Source: Cyanobacteria bacterium P01_D01_bin.156
GTDB taxonomy: Bacteria; Cyanobacteriota; Cyanobacteriia; Phormidesmidales; Phormidesmidaceae
Direction: 5' to 3'
Assembly (NCBI GenBank): GCA_039024555.1
Contig: JBCCQQ010000007.1
Location: 1 to 64,000, forward strand
DNA: 64,000 nucleotides
The translations under genes and the position numbers were made by a program. The notes beneath the pieces are model-generated. The model ran no database searches and was not told the origin of the DNA. It saw nothing but the letters and a program-made list of their open reading frames with translations. Below are positions 49,123 to 59,454 of the stretch, piece by piece (position 1 is the stretch's first letter; each line of letters opens with the position of its first letter).

Positions 49123-49932
49123 CTATAAAGAATAGTCACGTAAGTCTGCTTCTGAATTACCCTCTAGATAGATCACACCTTGCACATTGTTTTGTTCAAT
49201 GGGCTCTAACCAAACAAAGCTGTTGGTCTTATTATAGTTTTCTAATGATTCTTGCTGACCTTCAAAAGCATTGCTAATAAGCTCTTCCAACCGCTTGGCA
49301 ACAAAGAGACGTTCAAATGGGATCTCATTCTCACTTTGATTGTCAGGTACAGAATACCGAGTCTGGTTATTGTAATACCACAGAGCATCTGTATCAGATG
49401 GATCGGGTAAGTAAAGCGTTGCTGACCAAACTAGCTCTGAACGGGTCAATGTTTCAAATGCCTGTTGTAACTGAGAAGAGGCTGTAGGCGCTGCCAGATC
49501 GGATGGCAAAAAACTAGCGATCTTTGGTGATAGTTGCTGAGTTTGTTGCTGTACTAGCTGGCGAAATACTCCCTGACGATGCTCTTGGACACCGGCATTT
49601 ACTAAACTCAGGGCGATCAACAATCCTACTAGCGCAGAAACGCCTAGCACACTGCGTTTCGCAAAGTAACCAAGGCGAGGTGGTGGCGGTAAAACTCTCC
49701 CCTCGTGGGAAGCACGCATAATCTCCACAATTTCTAGTAAACCTAGAACAAAACTCAGCGCTATCCCTACACCTGCCAGCACCAAACAAGAAAAAAATAC
49801 GCCATACAGAAAATTTTCGACACTTTGGCTAAAAATATTCCAGCCTAAAAAAGCGTCAAATAACCCTACAATCACCAATACAGCACCAATGGAAAGCAAA
49901 ATAGCCGTGGTGCGAATTACAAGTCGAATCAT
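49123..49932 (-). CDS. Hypothetical membrane protein (3 TM + soluble domain)
   Basis: 269 aa ORF with three hydrophobic segments. Confidence 0.7.
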   Translation of the reverse strand: MIRLVIRTTAILLSIGAVLVIVGLFDAFLGWNIFSQSVENFLYGVFFSCLVLAGVGIALSFVLGLLEIVEIMRASHEGRVLPPPPRLGYFAKRSVLGVSALVGLLIALSLVNAGVQEHRQGVFRQLVQQQTQQLSPKIASFLPSDLAAPTASSQLQQAFETLTRSELVWSATLYLPDPSDTDALWYYNNQTRYSVPDNQSENEIPFERLFVAKRLEELISNAFEGQQESLENYNKTNSFVWLEPIEQNNVQGVIYLEGNSEADLRDYSL

Positions 49933-50138
49933 TCTGTAACTTTTTGAATCATTTTAAATACACTTCTATACCTTCAAAACGATCCATTAAGGTTCTTGAC
50001 TACTTTAGGCCTCTCCCTCAGGAGAAATCTAAAGGAATACGCATAAAAACGAGGTTGCATCAGTCAGTTACAACATACTGATGGTCATGACAAAACTGTC
50101 GCAGACAGTCAACGTTACGGTTTGGCAGAAGGTTTCCC

Positions 50139-51020
50139 ATGGAATTCAAGCAGCTTATTCTTTTAGGGCCTCCCGGTATTCAGCTTCAGGGCCAGGCGAA
50201 GGCCCTGGCTGGCCGCTGGCATATTCCCCATGTGTCTATGGGGCGACTAATTCAGGATGCAATTGGTAAACAATCCACCATTGGTATAGACATCACTGCT
50301 TATATAGAAGCAGGAGAGCCAGTGCCAGATGCATTAATGATGAAGCTGCTGCGAAAGCGGCTAGAGCAGCCGGATACGATGCTTCAGGGCTATGTTCTAG
50401 AAGGGTTTCCTTGCACATTGGCCCAGGCGGAGGCATTAAATGAATGGTTGGCCAAAGTCGGTCAGCCAGCAGCGACAGTTGCCTACCTAAAAGCAATGAC
50501 TGGGTTGTTGATTGATCGGCTATCTAGGGAAAATGCATCCCTGCCAGAGATTCGCCGTCAGTTAGCACAGCACAAGGAAGCTGTGGCACCGTTGCTAAAC
50601 TACTATGCGCAACAAAAGCAGCTGACAACTATCAACGCCAGTAAGTCTAAAGCTGAAATTACCCAGGCATTGGCAGAACTATTTGAGCAAGAAACGGGAG
50701 CCGCCGATTTTATTCAGAATGAGTCGGAACTGAATGCTCTTTTGGCAAGAGAGCCCTTGTTGGTGGTGGACTGTATGGCCTCTTGGTGTGGGTCTTGCAA
50801 GCTAGTGACGCCGCTGATCGATCAGTTGGCTGATGCCTATCGGGATCGGGTAAATGTGAGAAAGCTCGATTTTGACTCAAATAAGCAGGTAAAACAGCGA
50901 TTTGGGTTAAAGGGAATGCCTGCAGTTATGTTTTTTAAAGGGGGAGAGCTAGTAGAAATCCTAACTGGGGTAAAACCCTATCAGGCGTACAATGCCACCG
51001 TTGCTCATCTCTTGGATTAG
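50139..51020 (+). CDS. Adenylate-kinase-like domain fused to thioredoxin
   Basis: LILLGPPG, IPHVSMG, GEPVPD, GYVLEGFP.TLAQA, PLLNYY; C-terminal ASWCGSCK...GMPAVMFFKGG. Confidence 0.82.
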   Translation: MEFKQLILLGPPGIQLQGQAKALAGRWHIPHVSMGRLIQDAIGKQSTIGIDITAYIEAGEPVPDALMMKLLRKRLEQPDTMLQGYVLEGFPCTLAQAEALNEWLAKVGQPAATVAYLKAMTGLLIDRLSRENASLPEIRRQLAQHKEAVAPLLNYYAQQKQLTTINASKSKAEITQALAELFEQETGAADFIQNESELNALLAREPLLVVDCMASWCGSCKLVTPLIDQLADAYRDRVNVRKLDFDSNKQVKQRFGLKGMPAVMFFKGGELVEILTGVKPYQAYNATVAHLLD

Positions 51021-51302
51021 AGTCCTTATTCTTCAAGGATGATTTTAATAGCGTCCAACTCACGACATATATTTTTGAATGAAGATAGATGCCTGGGTCA
51101 ACGTTAGAACATGTCCAGTAAAGAAGTTAACGGGTATCCAGTCCTCCTAAGTCCCACAGTTTGGGAGCTTTGACTCTTATCTACTGAAGGATTGGGCGGT
51201 TAGAGAGTATTCAACTATTACAGTCTTGCCGAGAAAACACCCTGCCTCCTACTGTTGTTATTTAATAATCTCTTGCTAAGTCTTTAACAGATATTCAGCC
51301 AC

Positions 51303-53816
51303 TTACAACCCAATTAAAAAGAAGGCTGCCCAATCTCGGGGGTTAGGATGTTTTTCTAATGTAGCTAACATTGCCTTACGCAGAGCCACTGCTTTATCCG
51401 GCTCTGTTTGTAGCTGATTGTAAAATTCCGTCATTAGCATTGCTGTGGCTTCATCGGGTACCGCCCACAGGGATGCGACTAAGTTGTTTGCTCCGGCTGC
51501 TAAAAAGGATCTTGACAGGCCGACTACACCATCTCCAGTAATCCTTCCCCGACCTGTATTGCAGGCACTTAAAACCACCAAATCCGCTTTTAGGTTTAAC
51601 TGCATTACCTCTTGGGCAGTCAGTAACCCATCATCAGATGGATCGTTGCTTACAGGTGTTAATGCGATCGCACTGCTCAACCCTTGCTGCTCATCCAATA
51701 ACCCATGGGTGGCTAGATGAATAATATCCGCATCGGCCAACCGTTCCCGAACAATGGCTTCTGTTGCTGCTGCACCCAGTAGTGGATCGGTATTGAGCAG
51801 AGGCGCGATCGCAACCGCCTCTGCCTCTGCCCCTGGTAACGGTGTTAACGGCATCGGGGGACCACCGAGTCTAATCGGCACCGACGGCATCTCTGGATTG
51901 CCCACAATTACAGCTGAACGATCCACACCTACCACCAGAGATTCCCCTGGGCGCTTTGCTAAACGCTGTTGCAAAATGGTTAGCGTCTGTAGCGACGGTG
52001 TTGTTACTAACGTGTGATTTTCAATCAGATACGTTCCTTCGGAACTTTGCAATGCTGGAAAGGGCACCAAAAACAGTTCCCGATGGGGTACCACAATTAC
52101 TTTTTCTGTAGACGAGGTTGGTAAATATTGCTCAATTGGCTCAACCAACACCCTATAAAGCTGTTGGAGATGCTCTGGATTTTTGATTGCCTGAGCCGTT
52201 TGAAAGCTCTGCCCCCAGGCATTAAAGCCACGTACGCCGAGACTATCTTGACTTGCCTGGAGTAATGTTTTGATGGAGCCCGGCTGCTGGGTTAAATCCA
52301 CCTGCTCGAAGTGGATATCGCCACTAGGCTGAACGACCCAAATCAATAGTGTGCGTTCCTCAAATCGACTCCGCCCCAAAGAAGGCTGACGAATCATAGA
52401 ATACTGCACCAGTGTGGCCGACTGTTGTTTGGCTAATGTTTTAATTTGATCAATGGTGAGGTTTTCAACAGCTGCAGTCGCTGTTGTTTCCGTTGACTGA
52501 TTTGCCAACAATTCAGCAAAGGCTCTAGCTCTCCCTCGTTCTGATACCTCCAGAGCGGCTTTTACGTTACCCTGCTCAATCAGGAGCTGTTGGAACTGAT
52601 CGTAAAGATAGGACTGGGTCTCAAACAGAGAGATTTTGTTAATGTCCTGTAGACCTGGTTGCAGTGCCTCAAATTTTTCTAGGGCTTCGTATAGTGTCTT
52701 TTCTGCTTTAGACCGGTTTCCCTGGCTCCGTTCAATATTGGCAAGGCCACTCAACGCTGTGATTTGCCCAATTTCGTCATAGTTGTTGCTGGCCCAGGCA
52801 TAGGCATTGGTGTAATACTCCAGTGCGGTCTCTGGTTGTTGCCGAGCTAAGTGTAACTGCCCTAAATGGCTTAATGTGCGGCTATATTCTGGCCCTACAT
52901 ATTTATCTCGATAGCCTAGGGCTTCTGTAAAGGTATCCAGTGCTTTATTAAACTGGCCTTGTTCCGCATATAGCTCTCCCAAACTGTTGAGAATACTGGC
53001 CAACTCGTGCCACTGACCAAAGGAAATAGCCACCTGCCGAGCTTCTAGATAAGCATCCCGTGCCTGAGCATAGGCCTGACGCTGTAGGTAAACATGCCCC
53101 AAACCATTCAGATAGCGGGGTATTCCCTGCCAGTAACCCATGGATTTTGCCGTTGCCAAGGCTGCTTCATAGGAAACTTCTGCCTGGTCGTAGTCTCCTA
53201 GGGTGTAGTGAATATTTGCCATTTCTCCCTGGGCACGGGCACGATCCACTCGATCTGAACTACGAGACAGGGTAGCCTGCAGCGTTGTGATGGCTCGGCT
53301 GTACTGCCCTGTGTGGCGATAGATTTCTCCCAGGGCCAGATTTACCCGATTGCGTTCTGCAAAGTCTGGTAGCAGACCTGGCTGTACCTGCCTCAGTCGC
53401 TGCCAGCTGCGGGAAATGTTCCCTTGCTCTAGCCAGATTAGCGCCTGCATTAGAAACTGTCGGTTTCGCTGGGGTAAAAATGCTGCTGACGGCAGTGACG
53501 GTTGTTCCGTTTGATTGAGTATTTGCTGGGCGCGGTTGTAGTTACCCAAACGATAGTAAGCAAAACTCAAATCAATCAGGCTGTTATGCTCTCCCACCGG
53601 GTCCCCGGCCTGGCGATATAGCTCGACTGCCATCTCTAAGGGACGAAGAGCGGCCCTGCTGTTACCGAGCTGTAAAAACGAACGCCCCTGCTGATATTGG
53701 GTTTGGGCACTGTTCTCTGTTGTGAATGTTGTCGGTTTAGAGTGTGCTGGTGCTATCCAAGGGCCGATCAGTAACCCCATACTTAGCAACCAACCAACCC
53801 TATGGAACTTGCTCAT
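51303..53816 (-). CDS. Secreted TPR-repeat + CHAT (HetF/caspase-like) protein
   Basis: Signal peptide, multiple TPRs, ERGRARAF, IHLATHG, VLSACNTG, HPNPRDWAAF. Confidence 0.9.
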   Translation of the reverse strand: MSKFHRVGWLLSMGLLIGPWIAPAHSKPTTFTTENSAQTQYQQGRSFLQLGNSRAALRPLEMAVELYRQAGDPVGEHNSLIDLSFAYYRLGNYNRAQQILNQTEQPSLPSAAFLPQRNRQFLMQALIWLEQGNISRSWQRLRQVQPGLLPDFAERNRVNLALGEIYRHTGQYSRAITTLQATLSRSSDRVDRARAQGEMANIHYTLGDYDQAEVSYEAALATAKSMGYWQGIPRYLNGLGHVYLQRQAYAQARDAYLEARQVAISFGQWHELASILNSLGELYAEQGQFNKALDTFTEALGYRDKYVGPEYSRTLSHLGQLHLARQQPETALEYYTNAYAWASNNYDEIGQITALSGLANIERSQGNRSKAEKTLYEALEKFEALQPGLQDINKISLFETQSYLYDQFQQLLIEQGNVKAALEVSERGRARAFAELLANQSTETTATAAVENLTIDQIKTLAKQQSATLVQYSMIRQPSLGRSRFEERTLLIWVVQPSGDIHFEQVDLTQQPGSIKTLLQASQDSLGVRGFNAWGQSFQTAQAIKNPEHLQQLYRVLVEPIEQYLPTSSTEKVIVVPHRELFLVPFPALQSSEGTYLIENHTLVTTPSLQTLTILQQRLAKRPGESLVVGVDRSAVIVGNPEMPSVPIRLGGPPMPLTPLPGAEAEAVAIAPLLNTDPLLGAAATEAIVRERLADADIIHLATHGLLDEQQGLSSAIALTPVSNDPSDDGLLTAQEVMQLNLKADLVVLSACNTGRGRITGDGVVGLSRSFLAAGANNLVASLWAVPDEATAMLMTEFYNQLQTEPDKAVALRKAMLATLEKHPNPRDWAAFFLIGL

Positions 53817-54122
53817 AATTTTTACCCTATGGCAAGACAGCCTCTACTATATGCGCGGCACGGCTGATTTTTAGGAGAAGCGTGGTTATCATGTTCGGAC
53901 TGTTTTGTTTCCTACCTCAGCAACGGTAGTCACCCCTTCGTTTCTACAGGCTCAACTGGACAATTTAGGAAAATTAGAGAAAGGATTAAACTACTCGACT
54001 ACTTTTCATAACTGAAAGCTACAGAGACGAACGTTTATCAATGGGTTGTGGACTTGCACCTCCCTGGTAGACCAGTTGCTATCCTTTGAGATGGTGGTGA
54101 GTTCCCAGGGCAAATTGGCAGC

Positions 54123-55352
54123 ATGAAGGTTCTACATAAACGGCGCTGGATAACGATCTTGCTGTTTGGTTTAGCAATACTCGTATCGCTTGGGTTTTGG
54201 TGGCACCGTGCCCCAGCTATGGGAACCAATGTAGCCGTAGCCACGAAGGCCAATTTCTGGGGAAAGCGCCATGTATCCACGGCGGTACAATCGGGTTTTG
54301 CCCAGGCGGACCAAGCCGCTCGTATGGCCCAGACAGCTCGCACCGTGGATGAATGGGACCAGGTGGTCAGTGCTTGGACAGGTGCGATCGCAACGTTACA
54401 AACGATTCCTGCCCAAAGTCCAGAACGTTTTTTTGTACAGCGCAAACAGCAAGAATACTTGGCTAACCTGGCCCTGGCCCAGCAACAGGCGGACAAAATG
54501 CCCAACGTATTTCCTAGCCTGGGCAGCGCCATTTTGGATGATCAGCTGCGGCTGTATTTGAGCTATGTTGCCACCTTTGGCCCACCGGAGATTTTAATGG
54601 TGGGTAGCTCACGGGCGCTGCAGGGAATGGACCCTCGACAGCTACAAGGACCATTAAACGAGCAGGGCTATTCTGTCAGGGTTTATAACTTTAGCGTGAA
54701 TGGTGCCACGGCTCAGGTGATGAACTTTGTGCTGCAGCGATTGCTAACGCCGGATCAGTTGCCCCAGCTGGTGATTTGGGGAGATGGTTCCCGTGCCTTT
54801 AACAGTCGGCGGCTGGATGTTACCTTTGCTCAAATTTTAGCCTCACCCGGCTACCAGGCGATGTTAGCCGGTCAGCGTCCAGGTTTTAGTGATAGTCCTG
54901 CGATTTCTAGACCTCCCACTGGCATTACGGCCTATGGTTTTTCGCCAGTGGCCGATGTGTTTGACCCGGCTGTTTTTTATCAAACCTATCCTCGGGTCAG
55001 TGGTCGCTACGACGGGTTTTATAATCCCTTTGGTCTAACCGGATTGCAAGAAGGCTCGTTGCGATCGCTAGTGGGCTATCTCAAAGGCCGCAACGTTGAG
55101 TTAATTTACGTCAATCTACCCCTCAGCGGCGACTACCTAGATAGCTTCCGTCTAGGCCTAGAGCAACAGTTTCAAGAATTTCTACAAACCGAGAGCCAGC
55201 GCCTAGGCTTTAAGGTCATTGATTTACTGACCCAATGGACCAGCCAAAATGTATTTTTTGCTGACCCCAGCCATTTAAACCAACAAGGTGCTGCCGCCAT
55301 TTCTCAACAGCTCACTAAAAACCCCCTCGTATTAGAAAAACTGAATGGTTAG
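54123..55352 (+). CDS. Membrane-anchored SGNH-like (DUF1574-type) protein
   Basis: N-terminal TM, MVGSSRALQG, NFSVNGATAQ, FADPSHLN. Confidence 0.6.
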   Translation: MKVLHKRRWITILLFGLAILVSLGFWWHRAPAMGTNVAVATKANFWGKRHVSTAVQSGFAQADQAARMAQTARTVDEWDQVVSAWTGAIATLQTIPAQSPERFFVQRKQQEYLANLALAQQQADKMPNVFPSLGSAILDDQLRLYLSYVATFGPPEILMVGSSRALQGMDPRQLQGPLNEQGYSVRVYNFSVNGATAQVMNFVLQRLLTPDQLPQLVIWGDGSRAFNSRRLDVTFAQILASPGYQAMLAGQRPGFSDSPAISRPPTGITAYGFSPVADVFDPAVFYQTYPRVSGRYDGFYNPFGLTGLQEGSLRSLVGYLKGRNVELIYVNLPLSGDYLDSFRLGLEQQFQEFLQTESQRLGFKVIDLLTQWTSQNVFFADPSHLNQQGAAAISQQLTKNPLVLEKLNG

Positions 55353-55833
55353 AGCAGTCATGACCTGCGATGTATCTATTGCAATGCCATAGCTGCTGTT
55401 GAAGCCTTATGAATATAATTTGAGCATATTAGTTACTTAAGGCCAGCAGTAGCTAAAAAAACGCTGTTGCTGATTTAGAGGATGAAACGCTCTGCAGAAT
55501 TTGCCAGTTACCTGGATTTAACAGCTCAACATCATCCCGAGGATCAGTAGCGCCAAAAAAACATTTGTTACGTGGCTAGATCTTGTTGCCCAAAAAACTG
55601 ACGCTTTTCCCTTTATTCGGTCCTGAGTTACTAATTTTGCATCAGATGTAACATCTAATCAGCAAACTGAGTGCGAGCTTGATTTACTAGTAACATAGGA
55701 GCAGGGACAGCCTTTAATATCATTACCATCTTTATAACGGCGATGTTTTTTAACTTCGCTCCAGTTTAGTTAATCAAAATCGTTCAAGAGAGCAGCAACG
55801 ATTAGCGTTAATACAAGCATTAGGAATACCAAC

Positions 55834-57051
55834 ATGGCATTAGTATTCTCAGTCACAAAATTCTCTCTATTTAGCTTGGTCACTGCGTCTGTTCTATTTC
55901 CATTAGAAGCCTCAGCAGCATCCCTCAGTCGCACAGACGTCTTTAGCAAACTCTACGTTTTTGGCGATAGTCTGTCCGATGCTGGCAATGTCTTCAATGC
56001 GACTACAGCCGTTAGTGAGCTACCACTGCCTCCAGGAGTGCCTGTTCCGCCGATTCTTCCCCCTGATCCACCGTACTTTCAGGGGCGTAATTCCAATGGT
56101 CCTGTTTGGGTGGAGTATCTTGCCGATGAACTGAATCTATCGCTAACCAACTCCACTGAGCTATCTACTGTCTTTCCAGGCGTACCTGTTTTCTCACCTA
56201 TTACCGTCTCAACAGCTGGACCAAGTGTTAGTCCTTTTTTCAATGGTGTGTTATCCACAACAGGGGTTAATTTTGCTTTTGGTGGCGCTCAAACAGGCTT
56301 TCAAGGCTCTACTGACTTTGGTGAGCTGATTCCCGGTGTATTGACTCAAGTGGGCTGGTTTTCCAGTGATCTAAACCTTGCAAGCACCACAGCCGATCCG
56401 GATGCCCTTTATGTTGTTTGGGCTGGGGCTAATGACTACTGGGGAGCAGATCCAGGAGAAGATACAACTCTTTTAAGTACGACGGCGATCAATAATTTAA
56501 CTGCAGCATTGGGGCAGCTGTACGACACGGGTGCTCGCAATTTTCTGGTGCCTAATTTACCCGATCTCGGCCTCACTCCCCGAGGCCAAATTTCTAGCTC
56601 AGAAAATCAGCGGCTGACTAACGTATCCCTTAGCCATAACAGTCTTTTAACCACAGCTCTTGATAGTCTCAGCTTGCTGCCCGATGCTGAAATATTCTCA
56701 CTGGATGCTTTTTCCCTATTCAACCAGGCCCTGACAAGTCCAGCTGACTTTGATTATGACAATGTGAGCGATGGGTGTTTGCTAGTGCCCACATGTTTGG
56801 GTAACCCTGCTGTGCAAGACAGCTTTTTGTTTTGGGACGATCGTCATCCAACAACATCGGCCCATGAGGAGATAGCAAACTTCGCCTTTGCAGCAGTTCC
56901 TGCCCCCACTAGCGTGCCAGAGCCTGCTAACACATCTGTTTTAGGAATACTGGGAGGTGCAGCCTTACTGCTGCGTCAGACTTTGAAACGACTGTCCCAA
57001 GGAAAAGCATTGCTGCCTCATCACAAAAAGCCCCGTAGCACTTGTAGTTAA
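55834..57051 (+). CDS. SGNH/GDSL esterase-lipase with PEP-CTERM sorting signal
   Basis: VFGDSLSDAG, SNGPVWVEYL, NFAFGGA, GANDY, FWDDRHPT, VPEP followed by a hydrophobic and basic tail. Confidence 0.9.
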   Translation: MALVFSVTKFSLFSLVTASVLFPLEASAASLSRTDVFSKLYVFGDSLSDAGNVFNATTAVSELPLPPGVPVPPILPPDPPYFQGRNSNGPVWVEYLADELNLSLTNSTELSTVFPGVPVFSPITVSTAGPSVSPFFNGVLSTTGVNFAFGGAQTGFQGSTDFGELIPGVLTQVGWFSSDLNLASTTADPDALYVVWAGANDYWGADPGEDTTLLSTTAINNLTAALGQLYDTGARNFLVPNLPDLGLTPRGQISSSENQRLTNVSLSHNSLLTTALDSLSLLPDAEIFSLDAFSLFNQALTSPADFDYDNVSDGCLLVPTCLGNPAVQDSFLFWDDRHPTTSAHEEIANFAFAAVPAPTSVPEPANTSVLGILGGAALLLRQTLKRLSQGKALLPHHKKPRSTCS

Positions 57052-57063
57052 TCATTTACCAGC

Positions 57064-57106
57064 GAGCAGGTGTATTCTGCGCAGATAGCCCACACTACAC
57101 CTGCTC
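57064..57106. terminator. Hairpin between convergent genes
   Basis: gagcaggtgta/tacacctgctc 11 bp inverted repeat. Confidence 0.5.
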
Positions 57107-57132
57107 TTCAAACGTAGCCCAATATCAGAGCT

Positions 57133-57759
57133 CTAATCGTCAAAGCCAGTCTCCTTGAGGATTTTCTCTATTTTGGCTCGATGGGCAGCCTGCCAAGACT
57201 CTAGGGACTGAGTTTTCTCTTTCTCGGCACACTGTTGGGCCAGCTCCCAAATAGCCCCTTGCCGCTCTGATGGAATTACAGCAATCCCTTCTTCGTCGGC
57301 GACAACAATATCCCCTGCTGCTACTTGAACACCGCCACAAATAATGGGGGTCTGTAGTGTTCCTATGCCTTTCTTTTTGCCTGGAATTGGCATTGCTCCT
57401 CGAGCAAAGACAGGAAACTGCAGTTCTCGCACTTCCGCCACATCGCGAATCACCCCATCAATAATAAATCCAGCAATTCCCCGCGCCTGAGCCGTGGCAC
57501 ACACATTACCACCGGCCATGGCATAGTCTACATCCCCAGCCTTTAAGACAATAACCGAGCCAGGAACTGCTCGATAAATAGCCGCATGAAACATGAGATT
57601 ATCCCGTGGTCCACAGCTAACGGGATAGGCGGGTCCGGCAATCCGGGGAATACGGGACCACATTTCCCGGATGCCCATATCCATAAACTGTTCTCGACCA
57701 AGACCGGCATCGGCATAGGTTGTCGGGGAGAATTCGTGAAAGTCTGAAGGTGAGGGCAT
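57133..57759 (-). CDS. RraA/HMG-aldolase family protein
   Basis: IAGPAYPV, DNLMFH, AMAGG, IDGVIRDV, GDIVVADEEG. Confidence 0.88.
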   Translation of the reverse strand: MPSPSDFHEFSPTTYADAGLGREQFMDMGIREMWSRIPRIAGPAYPVSCGPRDNLMFHAAIYRAVPGSVIVLKAGDVDYAMAGGNVCATAQARGIAGFIIDGVIRDVAEVRELQFPVFARGAMPIPGKKKGIGTLQTPIICGGVQVAAGDIVVADEEGIAVIPSERQGAIWELAQQCAEKEKTQSLESWQAAHRAKIEKILKETGFDD

Positions 57760-57819
57760 GGGCGTTAGTAAAGATTAGACTGATTCCATAGTCTCCACTA
57801 CATTACCGCGATGATTGAG

Positions 57820-57873
57820 CGCGCCGTTGTTTCATCGCGCCGTTGCTTCATCACGCTGTTGATTGAACACGCT
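57820..57873 (+). repeat. Short tandem 16 bp repeat, about 3.4 copies
   Basis: cgcgccgttgtttcat / cgcgccgttgcttcat / cacgctgttgattgaa / cacgct. Confidence 0.7.
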
Positions 57874-57902
57874 AAAGTGAAGGAGCTGTACAACCGTCTT
57901 CC

Positions 57903-59414
57903 ATGCAAGAAATTTGGTGGATCTTGATGTTTCGCCTGAGGACACAGCTAGCCTTACTGCAGCTAGCTGCGGTAGAGCCCTACGGCAGTATCGCCTATGA
58001 GTATGAGAAGAATTCCTACCCCCTAGCCATGGCAGATATGCTGTGGGGGCAACAGTCAGCGGCTCTGGATTTTTTACAACAGATAGACCCCCAAGCGAGG
58101 GAAACCCAGGGGATAGATCTGCTGTCAGGATTTACCCTCAAGGGTCAAATTCGCAAGTATTTTTACTTTGGTGACCAGTTAGATTCAGCCTATCGTCAGC
58201 GTATGTGGGAGGCGATGCATGAGTTTACTCGCAGAGATCCGCTTACCCGTACGGCCAACCCACCCCGTAAGTTTTGGTCTCGTTCCAAGGATGATTGCCA
58301 GACTCCGGTGGACTGTCGTAATACGGATAATCTTCGGGCCATGCGGGATACATCGGTGTATCTGATGGCGGAGGAAACCGGTAATGAGATCACACGGTTA
58401 GTCTATAAGCAACGGCTAGAACGTTACGTTTCTACGCTGTTGGACATTGGCATGGGGGAATGGGACAGTCCGGTCTACCACGGATTTACAACCGCTGCTT
58501 ATCTAAACCTGTACGACTTTGCAAAGGACCCTGAGGTCAAACAGCTAGCTCAAGATGCACTGGACTGGCTGTATCGCTCAGCGGCGATCAAGTACTGGCG
58601 CGGCAGCTGGAATGGACCATCTAAGCGTACCTATGGGGAAAATGCAGCCCGGTTTTTCTGGCTTCATTTTGGGGATGGCCCTGCACCGACAGACATCGAG
58701 CGAGACTGGCTCTATGGAATTACCAGCGACTATCTGCCACCGGATGAGGTGGTTGCGATCGCACAGCGTAAATTTGCTAAACCGGTTGAGTTACGGCGCA
58801 CCCATCCCCACTACGAAAATTGGAAACCGGGACGCTACGGTCCGGCCTTTTATGAAACGATTTATATGGGCCATAGCTACCAGCTCGGCAGTCTAGCAAA
58901 AGGTACCGGAGGCGATTGGAGTGGTTTTAGTCTGCGGGTGATGAATGATCGAGGCAGCACCGATGGGCTGACGGTAACTGCTCAAAAGCCCCACACCGTT
59001 GCCCAGTATAAAAATCTACTAATCTGGCAAGGGGCAGAAACACCGATAATCACAGCGCCTGATGGCTGCAGTACGGACACGACAACAGATAAAACATTTA
59101 TGGCCTGCGATCTCACCTGGATAGCGATTCATCCCTTTGAGACTGGCTTTGCTATAGAAATTGGAGAGTTTCAAAGTCACGGCAGCCTTGATAATTTTAC
59201 GCAAGCGGTTAATACTCACTCTCGGCTAACGGTGACAGAAGACCAGATTGAGTATAGGGGAAGTCGAAGAGAAACTGTTGCAATTTCATCTAATTCTCAG
59301 GGTACAGGGTTACCCCAGGTATGGCGCAACGGTGAGCTACATAAATGGCAAACCCACCATCAGGAAACAGAATTCTCATTGCAAAAACTTTCTCCCAGCC
59401 TGTTGTCTCCTTAG
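57903..59414 (+). CDS. Hypothetical protein, possibly alpha/alpha-toroid (heparinase/lyase-like)
   Basis: 503 aa ORF; helical N-half with TDNLRAM, GMGEWDSPVYHG and YDFAKDPEVK; beta-rich C-half. The family call is weak. Confidence 0.55.
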   Translation: MQEIWWILMFRLRTQLALLQLAAVEPYGSIAYEYEKNSYPLAMADMLWGQQSAALDFLQQIDPQARETQGIDLLSGFTLKGQIRKYFYFGDQLDSAYRQRMWEAMHEFTRRDPLTRTANPPRKFWSRSKDDCQTPVDCRNTDNLRAMRDTSVYLMAEETGNEITRLVYKQRLERYVSTLLDIGMGEWDSPVYHGFTTAAYLNLYDFAKDPEVKQLAQDALDWLYRSAAIKYWRGSWNGPSKRTYGENAARFFWLHFGDGPAPTDIERDWLYGITSDYLPPDEVVAIAQRKFAKPVELRRTHPHYENWKPGRYGPAFYETIYMGHSYQLGSLAKGTGGDWSGFSLRVMNDRGSTDGLTVTAQKPHTVAQYKNLLIWQGAETPIITAPDGCSTDTTTDKTFMACDLTWIAIHPFETGFAIEIGEFQSHGSLDNFTQAVNTHSRLTVTEDQIEYRGSRRETVAISSNSQGTGLPQVWRNGELHKWQTHHQETEFSLQKLSPSLLSP

Positions 59415-59454
59415 GCTAAATAAATGTCTTTTGGACGCATCTGTAGTGCTTAAT

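Noticed and set aside
51130..51215. Degenerate cyanobacterial short dispersed repeat (also near 9020-9070)
   Set aside because: Too decayed to delimit or align with confidence by eye
57820..57873. Mini CRISPR array
   Set aside because: The repeats are directly adjacent with no spacers, only 16 bp long, and there are no cas genes
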